A program made the translations under genes and the position numbers. Under the pieces are notes generated by a model. That model had not been told where the DNA came from and made no database searches. It saw only the letters and a list, made by a program, of their open reading frames with translations. Source: an uncultured Chloroflexia bacterium (GTDB taxonomy: Bacteria > Chloroflexota > Anaerolineae > JAAYZQ01). From it: a stretch of DNA of 64,000 nucleotides. The stretch covers positions 864,001 to 928,000 of the forward strand of contig CAVOXA010000010.1 in NCBI GenBank assembly GCA_963700285.1. Direction: 5' to 3'. Shown here one piece after another: positions 30,713-41,084 of the stretch (the first letter of the stretch is position 1; each line of letters opens with the position of its first letter).

Positions 30713-31348
30713 TCAAGGGGTGTCTTGTCGGTTCGGTACCAGTGGCCACCAGCTATCGGCTTCTGGCTCGTAGGCTTCCACCACACCGGTCTCTAGCTGG
30801 TAGACCCAGCCGTGCAATTTAATCGCTGCAGATCGCTCACCTTCACGTACCGGGTCGTAAGACCGCAGGTTTTCTAGTTGCAGAAGAACGTTTTCGCGTA
30901 CTGTCGCTAGGTGCCGATCCGCCTCCGGCAGGCCACTGGCATCGATCTTGGTCTTGGCCGGGCGAGCGTACTCGATCCAGCGGGCAATATGCGGTCTTTC
31001 ACTCCAATCAGGCATCTCCTCCAAAGCTCTGATGCCACCACAGTCTGTGTGCCCCATTATGACGACGTGCTGCACACGCAAGTGCAGAATTGCATACTCA
31101 ATCACAGCGCCAGTGCCTATTTGACCAGCGCCGAAGGGCGGTACGATATTGGCCACATTGCGTGTGGCAAAAAGGGATCCAGGATCAAGCTGGGCAATCA
31201 GCGCCACCGGAATGCGTGCATCCGAGCAACTGATGAACAGGACCTTTGGGGAATGCGCCAGGGTCGCCGAGCCCTGTGTGGGATCCCGGTCGTGCTGGAG
31301 TCCCTCATAGAAGCGGTCAAGGCCGGTTAGGATTTCAGTGGTAGGCAT
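30713..31348 (-). CDS. Beta-class carbonic anhydrase
   Basis: CSDAR, RNVANIVPP, GHTDCGG zinc ligands. Confidence 0.95.
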   Translation of the reverse strand: MPTTEILTGLDRFYEGLQHDRDPTQGSATLAHSPKVLFISCSDARIPVALIAQLDPGSLFATRNVANIVPPFGAGQIGTGAVIEYAILHLRVQHVVIMGHTDCGGIRALEEMPDWSERPHIARWIEYARPAKTKIDASGLPEADRHLATVRENVLLQLENLRSYDPVREGERSAAIKLHGWVYQLETGVVEAYEPEADSWWPLVPNRQDTP

Positions 31349-31379
31349 ATCACTCTTCCCAGGTGGCTAAGGTACGATT

Positions 31380-32408
31380 CTACTTCTTTAACAACTGCCG
31401 GCTCGCCGCGTAGGGATCTAGCCGACGCTGGGCAATCTGGTCAACCAGGGAGGCCAGTTGGTCCTTGGCCGTACCCTCCAGGATCCGGCGCAGCGATTCC
31501 TGTTGGATGATTGCCTCCAGCTCAGCGGCGGCCCGCTCCCGCTCGCGCCAGGCCAGCTCCCCCGTTTGCTCCAGGTAAGCCCGGTGTGCCAGGACGGCTT
31601 CGGCCAGTTCGGCGATCCCTTCCCGTCTGGTGGCTACAGTCTTGTGGATGGAGGGAAGCCAACCCGAGGCGTCGATGGCCATATCCTCTTCGCGGCAGGC
31701 TGTGGTGACCGCTTCTATCAATCGCCCATGGTGCATGGCCCTGGATTCTGCCCCTGCGTTGAGGTTGAGCATCATGCTCAGGGCCATTACTGCATGGTCG
31801 GCACCCTCCCGGTCGGCTTTGTTCACGGCAAAAACGTCGGCAATCTCCAAAAGCCCAGCCTTGATGGCCTGGATGTCGTCGCCCAACCCCGGTACTTGGA
31901 CGACGACTGTGGTGTGTGCTGCCTTGGCAACATCTACCTCCGCCTGACCAGCACCGACCGTCTCGACGATAATCAAATCATAGCCCGCCGCATCCAATAT
32001 TCTGACCGCATCGGCGGTGGCCCAGGCCAGGCCACCCAGATTGCCCCGGCTGGCCATGCTACGGATAAAAATGCCCCGATCGCCAGCCAGATCCCTCATG
32101 CGAATTCGGTCGCCCAAGATGGCGCCCCCGGAGAAGGGACTAGTCGGGTCGACGGCAATGACGCCTACCGTCATGGCGGGGGACTCGGCCGAGCCCTGCC
32201 GCAAATGCAAGACGAGGGCGTTGACCAGCGTACTCTTGCCGCTACCTGGGGGTCCGGTGACGCCGACGATGTGGGCCCGTCCGGTATGAGGGTGAAGGGC
32301 GGCCAGGGTGGCCTGGGCTTCTGGGCCATCGCCCTCGACGAGACTGATGGCCCGCGCTATCGCGCGACGGCTCCCGGCCAGAACCAGTTCTGCAAGCTGC
32401 TCGGTCAC
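31380..32408 (-). CDS. meaB: Acyl-CoA mutase-associated GTPase MeaB
   Basis: [43 protein letters not shown]. Confidence 0.95.
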   Translation of the reverse strand: MTEQLAELVLAGSRRAIARAISLVEGDGPEAQATLAALHPHTGRAHIVGVTGPPGSGKSTLVNALVLHLRQGSAESPAMTVGVIAVDPTSPFSGGAILGDRIRMRDLAGDRGIFIRSMASRGNLGGLAWATADAVRILDAAGYDLIIVETVGAGQAEVDVAKAAHTTVVVQVPGLGDDIQAIKAGLLEIADVFAVNKADREGADHAVMALSMMLNLNAGAESRAMHHGRLIEAVTTACREEDMAIDASGWLPSIHKTVATRREGIAELAEAVLAHRAYLEQTGELAWRERERAAAELEAIIQQESLRRILEGTAKDQLASLVDQIAQRRLDPYAASRQLLKK

Positions 32409-32800
32409 GCGACGTTCTCGTGGATGAACTTGACGATTTCATCTGTGGGGGTACCGGGTCCAAAAACACCATGGATGCCCATCTCGTATAGGCTTGGTAC
32501 ATCCTCGTCGGGAATGATGCCACCGGCCAGGACCAGCACGTCCTCCATATCGTTCTCGCGTAGCAACTCCATCATCCGGGGGAAAAGGGCCATGTGGGCG
32601 CCTGACAAGATCGACATGCCTACCACGTCTACGTCCTCTTGAAGCGCTGCCTCAGCGATCATCTCTGGTGTCTGGCGGATGCCGGTGTAGATTACTTCCA
32701 TGCCCGCATCGCGCAACGCCCGAGCAATAACTTTGGCTCCCCGATCGTGACCGTCCAGGCCCGGCTTGGCAACCAATACGCGTATTCTCCTGTCTGTCAT
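32405..32800 (-). CDS. Acyl-CoA mutase small (cobalamin-binding) subunit
   Basis: [10 protein letters not shown] DxHxxG motif, SILSGAH, GGIIP. Confidence 0.96.
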   Translation of the reverse strand: MTDRRIRVLVAKPGLDGHDRGAKVIARALRDAGMEVIYTGIRQTPEMIAEAALQEDVDVVGMSILSGAHMALFPRMMELLRENDMEDVLVLAGGIIPDEDVPSLYEMGIHGVFGPGTPTDEIVKFIHENVA

Positions 32801-32869
32801 CTATGCCTCCAACAGTGGGGTACGGCGCAGCACGCAATGCACATTTCGCAGTGTCCAATACCCAGCAGC

Positions 32870-34549
32870 TCAAACGATCGCCGGTTCCCGATATTCGCCA
32901 AATACCTTACGCAAGACGCCCATAATCTCTCCCAGGGTCGCGTAGGCTCGCACGCAATCCAGGATACGGGGCATGGTATTTTCGGTGCCCTCGGCTGTAC
33001 CTTGTAGGGCCTTTAGGGTCACGCCGACCTTTTCGTTGTCCCGCTCGCGCCTCACCTGTTCCAGACGCGTTACCTGTCGCTCGTACCCTTCTGGATCCAA
33101 CTTTAGCAACGGAATCCGGATCGGATCTTCCTCCAAATGCTCGTTGATGCCCACGACGACACGCTGCCGGCTGTCGATCGCCATTTGATACCGGTAGGCC
33201 GCCTCGGCAATCTCGCGCTGGAAAAACCCCTTCTCGATAGAGAGAAGGACGCCGCCCAGTGTCTCGATCTTGTGGAAATAGTCGTAGGCCTCTTTTTCCA
33301 AACGATTGGTCTGGGCCTCGACAAAGTAAGATCCGGCCAGCGGGTCTACCGTGTTGGCCGCGCCACTTTCATGGGCAATGAGCTGTTGGGTACGTAGTGC
33401 AACCTTCACTGCGTATTCGCTGGGCAGAGCCAAGGCTTCGTCCATGCTGTTGGTGTGCAGAGACTGCGTACCACCCAGCACCGCGGCCAGCGCCTGCCAC
33501 GCCGTGCGGACGACGTTGTTCTCCGGCTGCTGGGCCGTCAGGCTGCTGCCCGCTGTCTGGGTGTGGAAGCGTAGAAGCCAGCTTCGGGGATCTTTTGCTC
33601 CAAAGGTTTCCCGCATCTCCCGGGCCCAAATGCGCCGGGCTGCACGGAACTTGCAGATTTCCTCAAAGAAATCATTGTGTGCGTTGAAAAAGAAGGACAG
33701 CCGGGGGGCAAAGTCGTCCACATCCAGCCCCCGAGCGATGCCCCAGCGCACGTACTCTAACCCGTTGGCTAGAGTAAAGGCCAGCTCCTGAGCCGCCGTG
33801 GCGCCAGCCTCGCGGATGTGGTAGCCACTGATGCTGATGGTGTTCCATCGGGGCAGGTACTTGCCGCCAAACTCGAAGGTATCGACCACCAGTCGCATCG
33901 AGGGTTGGGGCGGGAAGATATACTCTTTCTGGGCGGTATACTCCTTCAGGATATCATTTTGGATGGTTCCGCCCAGCACATCCAAGGGAATGCCTCGCTT
34001 CTCGGCCATGGCCAAGTACATAGCCCAGATCACGGCTGCCGGGCTGTTAATCGTCATCGAGGTAGTGACCTCGTCCACGGGGATGCCGTCGAACAAGACC
34101 TCCATGTCAGCCAGGCTGGATACAGCCACGCCGCATTTTCCAAACTCGCCTAATGCTGCAGGATCGTCGGAATCGTAGCCATAGAGGGTAGGCATATCAA
34201 ACGCTACCGACAAGCCGGTCTCGCCCTGATCGAGCAGATATCTGTAGCGGGCGTTGGTCTCCTCAGCAGTACCAAAGCCGGCAAACATGCGCATGGTCCA
34301 CAGCCTGCCGCGGTGCATGGTCGAATGTATCCCTCTGGTGAAGGGGTACTCGCCTGGAAAGCCTAGATCCCGCGCATAGTCCAGGTCAGCAACGTCCAAC
34401 GGGGTATAGAGACGCTCTACCGGCGCGCCTGAGGTGGTCGTGAACTCGTCACGTCGCTCCCGGTGGCGGGCCAGAGTGCTCTGAAGCGTGGTCTCTTTCC
34501 ATTTGTCCTGGCGTTTTTGCAGACCTCTCAGCGTCTCTTGATCAAACAT
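32870..34549 (-). CDS. Acyl-CoA mutase large subunit, isobutyryl-CoA mutase-like
   Basis: Mutase barrel without B12 domain; [10 protein letters not shown] (Phe) and KEYTAQKEY (Gln) at the two specificity positions. Confidence 0.85.
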   Translation of the reverse strand: MFDQETLRGLQKRQDKWKETTLQSTLARHRERRDEFTTTSGAPVERLYTPLDVADLDYARDLGFPGEYPFTRGIHSTMHRGRLWTMRMFAGFGTAEETNARYRYLLDQGETGLSVAFDMPTLYGYDSDDPAALGEFGKCGVAVSSLADMEVLFDGIPVDEVTTSMTINSPAAVIWAMYLAMAEKRGIPLDVLGGTIQNDILKEYTAQKEYIFPPQPSMRLVVDTFEFGGKYLPRWNTISISGYHIREAGATAAQELAFTLANGLEYVRWGIARGLDVDDFAPRLSFFFNAHNDFFEEICKFRAARRIWAREMRETFGAKDPRSWLLRFHTQTAGSSLTAQQPENNVVRTAWQALAAVLGGTQSLHTNSMDEALALPSEYAVKVALRTQQLIAHESGAANTVDPLAGSYFVEAQTNRLEKEAYDYFHKIETLGGVLLSIEKGFFQREIAEAAYRYQMAIDSRQRVVVGINEHLEEDPIRIPLLKLDPEGYERQVTRLEQVRRERDNEKVGVTLKALQGTAEGTENTMPRILDCVRAYATLGEIMGVLRKVFGEYREPAIV

Positions 34550-34573
34550 GGCTGCCTCGCTTTCTACCACTCC

Positions 34574-34582
34574 ATTATACCA
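34574..34582 (-). promoter_or_regulatory. Extended -10 promoter (TGgTATAAT) internal to the mutase cluster
   Basis: Perfect extended -10 about 25 nt upstream of ATG 34549; no clear -35. Confidence 0.6.
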
Positions 34583-34628
34583 CATGATGGAGAACCGTGG
34601 ACAGCGAGTTTTCGCATAGTAGCGTTTG

Positions 34629-35024
34629 CTACCCTTCGTGCTCAATCAACTCGATCAGGACACCGTGTGCTCCCTTGGGGTGGATGAAAGCAACGAGACC
34701 GTGCGCGCCCTGGCGAGGTACCTCGTCGATGAGCTGTATGCCCTGCTCCTTCAGTTGGGTAAGAGATGCTTCAATGTCCGCTACTTCAATGGAAATATGA
34801 TGGATGCCTTCGCCCCGCTTTTCCAGGAACTTGGCGATGCCGGTATCGTCTGTCGTGGGTTGTACCAGTTCTATGTTGCTCTCGCCGATGGGCAAAAATG
34901 CGACGTTGACCTTCTGGTCTGGGACAGACACGATATCACTCAGAGGCAAGCCAAGCGCGGTTTCGTATACCTGCAGTGCTTCTTGGATGTCGCACACAAC
35001 GATCCCTATATGGTCGATTCTCAT
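34629..35024 (-). CDS. mce: Methylmalonyl-CoA epimerase
   Basis: [34 protein letters not shown]...GVLIEL; RBS GGGAGG. Confidence 0.95.
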   Translation of the reverse strand: MRIDHIGIVVCDIQEALQVYETALGLPLSDIVSVPDQKVNVAFLPIGESNIELVQPTTDDTGIAKFLEKRGEGIHHISIEVADIEASLTQLKEQGIQLIDEVPRQGAHGLVAFIHPKGAHGVLIELIEHEG

Positions 35025-35124
35025 GGTCCTCCCAGTCATCATTGCAGCGGATGGAAGCGGATATGCGTCAAGGGCCGCGCAAATCCTGCATCCGGTTGGC
35101 TGTTGGCAACTCGTTGCCCCAGAA

Positions 35125-35556
35125 CTAGTACGTCCGATCCCATTCAGCTTCCACCTGTTTGTGCCGAACTTTCTCGGGCAGGGGAGACGGGGGTGGCGTC
35201 TCCATCCAGGGAAAAGGCTGCGGGATAGACGAGGGTTCTGGAGGGACCGACCGCCGGCCCCATTCGGGTTGCTCCTTCCCATCCGCGCCGGCAGCTGGTT
35301 GGACCAGGCCAGTCAACTCTACGAGAAGAGGAAAATCTGGATTCACACGATAGAATACACGATTTCCCCTGGCCGAACGCAGCAGTAGATCCATCTCGAC
35401 CAGGCGCGCGACCTCGCGCTGCACAGCTCGAATGGGCTGGCCTGTCCTACGCTCGATCTGGCGCTGATAGAATGATTGTGCAGGATTTGGCAGGAACAGG
35501 CGTAGTATCTGGACCCTTGCTACAGAAGAAAACAGCACCTCCAAGCTATTTTTCAT
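35125..35556 (-). CDS. Winged helix-turn-helix protein with Pro-rich tail
   Basis: LFSSVARVQILRLF...YQRQIER...AVQREVARL...GNRVFYRVN ArsR-like wHTH. Confidence 0.75.
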   Translation of the reverse strand: MKNSLEVLFSSVARVQILRLFLPNPAQSFYQRQIERRTGQPIRAVQREVARLVEMDLLLRSARGNRVFYRVNPDFPLLVELTGLVQPAAGADGKEQPEWGRRSVPPEPSSIPQPFPWMETPPPSPLPEKVRHKQVEAEWDRTY

Positions 35557-35628
35557 GGTTCCACCCCTCTCACCGATTGGCTTGGTTGCCCTCGGGGCCA
35601 GCTTCAGCGTGCCTTCAAAGCCGTGGTA

Positions 35629-37308
35629 CTAGAAGGAGGTAAATGCTTGGTACTCTCCAAATACTTTGCGCAGTACGTTACAGGTCTCACCTAGGGTTGC
35701 ATAGGCTTCAACAGCATCCAAGACAAGGGGCATCAGATTCTGATCCCCTTGGGCGCCGGCCTCCAGGCGAGAGAGCGCTATCGCTACCGCATCTCCATTC
35801 CTTTGCGCTCGCAGAATCTCCAGCCGGGCGGCCTGGCGCTGACCGACGACCGGATCGACCTTCAGTAGTTCGAGTCCAACCCCTCCCCGGGAGGTTCCAT
35901 TCTCCTCTGCCTGGAAGCGATTGACGCCGACGACGATATTGGCCGATTGCTCGACGGCCAACTGCCACTGGTAGGCGCTTTCCTGGATTTCGCGCTGCAC
36001 GTAGCCCTGTTCGATGGCCCTCAGCGCACCGCCAGCGCCATCGATCTTGTTGATATAGGCTAAGGCACGTTCTTCAATCTCATTCGTCCAGGCTTCGATC
36101 AAATAGCTGCCGGCGAGAGGATCGACAGAATCGGCTACGCCACTTTCGTGGGCGATGATCTGCTGAGTTCGCAGGGCGATCTGTACCGCATCCTCGGTAG
36201 GTAGACTGAGCGCTTCATCGCGAGAGTTGGTATGCAGGCTCTGGGTACCGCCAAGCACAGCAGCCAGTGCCTGGAGCGCGACGCGGACGACATTGTTCTC
36301 TGGTTGTTGGGCCGTAAGCATCGACCCTGCTGTCTGTGTGTGAAAGCGGAGCCGCCACGATCGCGGGTCTCGGGCGCCAAACCGCTCGCGCATGATCCGC
36401 GCCCAAAGCCGCCGAGCGGCCCGAAACTTGGCCACTTCTTCCAGAAGGTTGTTGTGGGCATTGAAAAAGAAGGACAATCGCGGCGCAAAATCATCTACGG
36501 CCAACCCCGCATCGATGGCCGATTGTACGTAGGTGATGGCATTCGCCAGGGTAAAGGCCACCTCCTGAACCGCGGTGCTGCCAGCCTCGCGAATGTGGTA
36601 GCCGCTAATGCTTATGGTGTTCCACAAGGGGACCTGTTCGTGGCAGTAGCGAAAGAGATCGGTGATGAGCCGCATTGAGGGGCCCGGAGGGTAGATGTAG
36701 GTTCCCCGGGCAACATACTCTTTCAGAATATCATTTTGAACGGTACCCCGCAGTTTCCTCGGATCCACGCCCTGTTTCTTGGCCACGGCGATGTACATCG
36801 CCAACAACACGGTGGCGGGAGCATTGATGGTCATGGATGTGGAAACTCTAGCCAGTGGGATGCCATCGAACAACCTCTCCATATCCTCCAGTGAAGATAT
36901 GGCCACTCCGACTTTGCCTACTTCACCGGTCGCGATGGGATCATCCGAATCGTAGCCGATCTGGGTGGGCAGATCGAAGGCAACCGAGAGGCCAGTCTGG
37001 CCCTGATCCAGAAGGTACTTGTAGCGAGCATTGGTTTCCAGGGCGCTGCCAAAGCCGGCGTATTGGCGCATTGTCCAGAAGCGACTGCGATACATCGTGG
37101 GCTGGATCCCGCGGCTGAACGGATACTCACCTGGAAAGCCCAAGTCGTGCAGGTAGGCGCCATCTACATCATCAGGCGTGTAGATCCGCTCCACCGGAAT
37201 TCCCGATTCAGTCTTGAACTCGGGTTGTCGTTCTGGGAAACGCCGGAGCGTATCGTCCAACGTAGTTGCTTCCCACGCTAGCTTGTGTTGATCAAGTGTC
37301 TCCACCAT
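35629..37308 (-). CDS. Methylmalonyl-CoA mutase large subunit
   Basis: [10 protein letters not shown] (Tyr) and KEYVARGTY (Arg) carboxylate-binding residues; [10 protein letters not shown]. Confidence 0.92.
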   Translation of the reverse strand: MVETLDQHKLAWEATTLDDTLRRFPERQPEFKTESGIPVERIYTPDDVDGAYLHDLGFPGEYPFSRGIQPTMYRSRFWTMRQYAGFGSALETNARYKYLLDQGQTGLSVAFDLPTQIGYDSDDPIATGEVGKVGVAISSLEDMERLFDGIPLARVSTSMTINAPATVLLAMYIAVAKKQGVDPRKLRGTVQNDILKEYVARGTYIYPPGPSMRLITDLFRYCHEQVPLWNTISISGYHIREAGSTAVQEVAFTLANAITYVQSAIDAGLAVDDFAPRLSFFFNAHNNLLEEVAKFRAARRLWARIMRERFGARDPRSWRLRFHTQTAGSMLTAQQPENNVVRVALQALAAVLGGTQSLHTNSRDEALSLPTEDAVQIALRTQQIIAHESGVADSVDPLAGSYLIEAWTNEIEERALAYINKIDGAGGALRAIEQGYVQREIQESAYQWQLAVEQSANIVVGVNRFQAEENGTSRGGVGLELLKVDPVVGQRQAARLEILRAQRNGDAVAIALSRLEAGAQGDQNLMPLVLDAVEAYATLGETCNVLRKVFGEYQAFTSF

Positions 37309-37317
37309 TCCGGGCTC

Positions 37318-37785
37318 CTATTCGATCTCGAGCAGCACAGCCCCCGTCTCTACGTCCTGGCCCGGCTGGACATAAAGTTCTCTGACCGTGCCTGCCTTTG
37401 GTGCTTTCAGTTCGTTCTCCATTTTCATCGCTTCCAGGATACAGACTACATCTCCTTCGGCCACTCCCTCGCCTTCAGCTACGAGTACGCGGATGACTTT
37501 GCCGGGCATGATGGCTGTCACGGCCCCTGCGCTGGCAGTCGCAGTAGTAGTGAGCCTAGAGCCGGTGGGTTCCTCCTCCAAGCCCTTGACCTCCAGAGCA
37601 TAGGCAATGCCGCCGACAATTGCTCTGTCCCCCTCCAGCGTCACCTCGTAGGCGATATCATCTACGAGTACCCGATCGCCATCAAAGCCAGCTACAAATG
37701 GCTGGCCGTTGACCAAGATTGAATTCCCATCCACGACGATCTTGTACGTTGTGCCATCCATTGTCAAGGAGAATTCTTGCTTCAT
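37318..37785 (-). CDS. Biotin carboxyl carrier protein
   Basis: LEAMKMEN biotinylation motif; overlaps the upstream stop. Confidence 0.95.
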   Translation of the reverse strand: MKQEFSLTMDGTTYKIVVDGNSILVNGQPFVAGFDGDRVLVDDIAYEVTLEGDRAIVGGIAYALEVKGLEEEPTGSRLTTTATASAGAVTAIMPGKVIRVLVAEGEGVAEGDVVCILEAMKMENELKAPKAGTVRELYVQPGQDVETGAVLLEIE

Positions 37786-39299
37786 GACGAACCTCCTGCG
37801 CCTGTGATCAGGCTTCCCCATCGTCCGCGTTGCGGTCGCCATGCCATTTTCCAGGGAGACATGGAGGTGCCAGTTTTTTCGATGGGTGCTGCAGGCCTGG
37901 GCTTATGCTGCCGGATCACGAGAGCGGCCACGGCTGCCACCAGCGCCTCCTTGGCCCCACCGCCATCCCTTCTCCGCTCCAGGAAGGGGCGCGCCACCTG
38001 GGGAAAGATGGCGTAACCGATCACGTCTTCCTCACTCTGGGCCAGATCGCCAATCTCGGCGCGGGCCTGCTCCATGCCTGGCGGGATCAGATCTGCGGGG
38101 CGGCCGTCAATAGGCTCCTCGTCGCCAATGGCCTTGCGCCGCAGTTCGGGATCGATGGCAGCCGGAGGCCGGCCATAGTAGCCTCGCACATAGTTCTTGA
38201 CCTCGGCTGGGATGACTTTGTAGCGCTCGCCCAGTATCACGTTCAAGGTTGCCTGCGTGCCCACGATCTGGCTGCTGGGCGTAACCAGAGGCGGAAAGCC
38301 CAACTCCGCTCGGACACGGGGCACCTCCTCCAAAACCTCAGCATAGCGGTCCTCTGCACCCTGCTCCCGGAGTTGAGACATCAGGTTGGACAGCATTCCA
38401 CCCGGGATCTGAAACTGCAGTACGCGCACATCCACACCCTTCATACCACTCTCAAAGGCAGAGTACTTTTTGCGCACCTCGGCAAAATAGTTGCTGGCCT
38501 CAGCCAGCAAGTTCAAGTCCAGTCCCGTGTCGCGGGGCGATTCTTGCAGGATGCGCACCAACGTCTCGGTAGGAGGCTGAGAAGTGACCATGGCCAGGGA
38601 GGAAATGGCCGTGTCAACAATGTCCACACCAGCCTCCACCGCTTTGAGTACCGAGGCCATAGCCATGCCACTGGTATAGTGCGTATGAAGCTGGATCGGC
38701 GCCTTGATCTCGGCCTTGAGACGCCCCACCAGTTCGTAGGCCACGTAGGGGGACAGCAAGCCGGCCATGTCTTTGACACAGATGGTATCCGCCCCCATCT
38801 CCTCCAGAACGTGGGCCATGTCTACAAAAGTGTCCACATTGTGTACCGGGCTGATGGTGTAGCAGATGGTCCCCTGGGCGTGAGCCCCCTCCCGTTTCAC
38901 CACCTCCATGGCCCGGCGCATGTTGCGTACGTCGTTCAAAGCGTCAAAGATGCGAAACACGTGGATGCCGTTTTCATGGGATTTGACGATAAAACGATCC
39001 AGAACGTCGTCTGGATAGTGTTTGTAGCCGATCACATTCTGCCCCCGCAGGAGCATCTGGAAGGGAGTGTTGGGCATCTTGGCCTTGAGCTTGCGGATCC
39101 GTTCCCATGGGTCTTCGTTGAGAAAACGCATAGCTGAATCAAAGGTCGCGCCGCCCCACATTTCCACCGACCAGTAGCCCACCTGGTCCAGTTTCCCGGC
39201 AATAGGCAACATGTCGTCGGTGCGCATTCGTGTGGCCAGCAAGCTCTGATGTGCATCCCGCAAGATTGTGTCACAGATTTGAACGGGCTTGTTCTCCAT
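37782..39299 (-). CDS. Pyruvate/oxaloacetate carboxyltransferase (transcarboxylase 5S / OadA / PycB type) without biotinyl domain
   Basis: LRDAHQSLLATR, EMWGGATFD, KDMAG, LHTH, IPGGM, VTPSSQIVG; no EAMKM motif. Confidence 0.92.
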   Translation of the reverse strand: MENKPVQICDTILRDAHQSLLATRMRTDDMLPIAGKLDQVGYWSVEMWGGATFDSAMRFLNEDPWERIRKLKAKMPNTPFQMLLRGQNVIGYKHYPDDVLDRFIVKSHENGIHVFRIFDALNDVRNMRRAMEVVKREGAHAQGTICYTISPVHNVDTFVDMAHVLEEMGADTICVKDMAGLLSPYVAYELVGRLKAEIKAPIQLHTHYTSGMAMASVLKAVEAGVDIVDTAISSLAMVTSQPPTETLVRILQESPRDTGLDLNLLAEASNYFAEVRKKYSAFESGMKGVDVRVLQFQIPGGMLSNLMSQLREQGAEDRYAEVLEEVPRVRAELGFPPLVTPSSQIVGTQATLNVILGERYKVIPAEVKNYVRGYYGRPPAAIDPELRRKAIGDEEPIDGRPADLIPPGMEQARAEIGDLAQSEEDVIGYAIFPQVARPFLERRRDGGGAKEALVAAVAALVIRQHKPRPAAPIEKTGTSMSPWKMAWRPQRGRWGSLITGAGGSS

Positions 39300-39342
39300 C
39301 AAGACATTCTCCTATTCTGCAGATCGGCCCAACTCTTGCGTG

Positions 39343-40893
39343 TCATAGCGGAATGTTACCATGCTTCTTGGGCGGATTTGTGTCCCGCTTGTTTTGGAGC
39401 ATCTGTAGGGCTTCGATCAGGCGCGGGCGGGTTTCTTGCGGCTCGATCACGTCGTCGATGTAGCCCCGCGACGCGGCCACGTAGGGATTGGCAAACGTGT
39501 CCCGGTACTCCTGTACCAACCGTGCCTGTTCCGCTTCTGGATCTTCTGCTTCGGCAATCTGCTTGCGGAAGATGATATTCACTGCTCCCTCGGGCCCCAT
39601 GACCGCGATTTCGGCCGAGGGCCATGCGTAGCTGATATCTCCCCGAATATGTTTGGAACTCATCACGTCGTAGGCGCCGCCATAGGCCTTGCGGGTGATG
39701 ATTGTGATCTTGGGCACCGTTGCCTCACAGTAGGCGTACAGCAGCTTGGCCCCGTTGCGGATGATCCCACCATGTTCCTGGGCAAGGCCGGGCAGGAAGC
39801 CAGGCACATCCTCAAAGGTAATGATTGGGATGTTAAAGCAGTCACAAAAGCGTACAAAACGCCCTGCCTTTGTGCTGGAATCAATATCCAACACGCCAGC
39901 GAGGTTCATCGGTTGTTGGGCCACAATGCCAACCGAAAAGCCCCCTATCCGGGCAAAGCCAATGAGAATATTTCCCGCCCAGTGTTCCTGTACCTCGAAA
40001 AAGTCACCCCCGTCCATGACCCGACGGATTACGTCCTTCATGTCGTAGGGCTTGTTTGGATTCTCAGGCACAATGCTGTTCAGCGCCTCGTCCATCCTGT
40101 CGTCGGGATCGTCGGTCGGCAGGAAGGGAGGATCCTCCATATTGTTCTGGGGTAGAAAGCTCAGCAGCTTGCGGACCAGGTAGAAACTGTCTTCCTCATC
40201 TTCGGCGGCAAAATGGGCCACGCCGCTTTTGGCGTTATGGACCATCGCTCCTCCCAAATCTTCAGAGGTGACGTCCTCCCGTGTGACAGCCTTGATCACC
40301 TCCGGGCCGGTGATGTGCATGAAGCTGGTTTCTTTTACCATCAGAATAAAGTCGGTCATGGCCGGGGAATACACTGCTCCGCCAGCACAGGGGCCCAGGA
40401 TGGCGCTGATCTGGGGCACTACCCCCGATGCCAGTACGTTGCGTAGAAAGACATAGGCGTAGGCAGCCAGGCTGACCACGCCCTCTTGGATACGCGCTCC
40501 ACCCGAGTCATTGAGGCCGATAACCGGCGCTCCGTTCTTAACGGCAAGATCCATGACTTTGCACACCTTCTCAGCATGCACCTCGCCCAATGACCCGCCC
40601 AAGACGGTGAAATCCTGACTAAACACGTAGGTCAGCCGGCCGTTGATTTTTCCCCATCCGGTAATGACGCTATCGCCCAGGAATTGCTGCTCTTCGAGAC
40701 CAAAGCCCACGGTCCGATGGGTCACAAAGGGATCCAGTTCCCGAAATGTTCCAGGGTCCAGCAGCCCTTCGATCCGCTCCCGTGCAGTGAGCTTGCCTTT
40801 GGCATGTTGGCGGTCGATCCGCGCCTGTCCTCCGCCCAACTGAGCCTGCTCCCGAGTCTGCCGGAGCTTTTGGATCTTGGGATCAACTATCAT
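39343..40893 (-). CDS. Acyl-CoA carboxyltransferase beta (PccB / MmdA / transcarboxylase 12S type)
   Basis: [51 protein letters not shown]. Confidence 0.95.
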   Translation of the reverse strand: MIVDPKIQKLRQTREQAQLGGGQARIDRQHAKGKLTARERIEGLLDPGTFRELDPFVTHRTVGFGLEEQQFLGDSVITGWGKINGRLTYVFSQDFTVLGGSLGEVHAEKVCKVMDLAVKNGAPVIGLNDSGGARIQEGVVSLAAYAYVFLRNVLASGVVPQISAILGPCAGGAVYSPAMTDFILMVKETSFMHITGPEVIKAVTREDVTSEDLGGAMVHNAKSGVAHFAAEDEEDSFYLVRKLLSFLPQNNMEDPPFLPTDDPDDRMDEALNSIVPENPNKPYDMKDVIRRVMDGGDFFEVQEHWAGNILIGFARIGGFSVGIVAQQPMNLAGVLDIDSSTKAGRFVRFCDCFNIPIITFEDVPGFLPGLAQEHGGIIRNGAKLLYAYCEATVPKITIITRKAYGGAYDVMSSKHIRGDISYAWPSAEIAVMGPEGAVNIIFRKQIAEAEDPEAEQARLVQEYRDTFANPYVAASRGYIDDVIEPQETRPRLIEALQMLQNKRDTNPPKKHGNIPL

Positions 40894-41084
40894 TGGTTGC
40901 CTCCTCTAGGGTTTCCGTGTTGTCGCGCAATATAGAACACCCAATTGCCGATTCGGTTCTCACCAGATTCAGTCTGGCGTGAACGTTGGGCTGGCGCAGT
41001 ACAAAGAAATCGGGGCGTGTCGCCACCCCCGGTGTCAGCATTGGGTCAGTGCGGTCTATTGATGGTCGGTGTTGTGTACCATCC

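Noticed and set aside
37830-39137. Long antisense ORFs (this one, 1119-2231, 31458-32642 and others)
   Set aside because: Shadow frames of GC-rich genes on the opposite strand, with no motifs
37318-40893. Sodium-pumping oxaloacetate or methylmalonyl-CoA decarboxylase
   Set aside because: No membrane beta subunit or TM-bearing gamma/delta subunit in the cluster; cannot be excluded if encoded elsewhere
40894-41084. Cobalamin riboswitch upstream of the B12 mutase cluster
   Set aside because: No B12-box or conserved riboswitch core recognised
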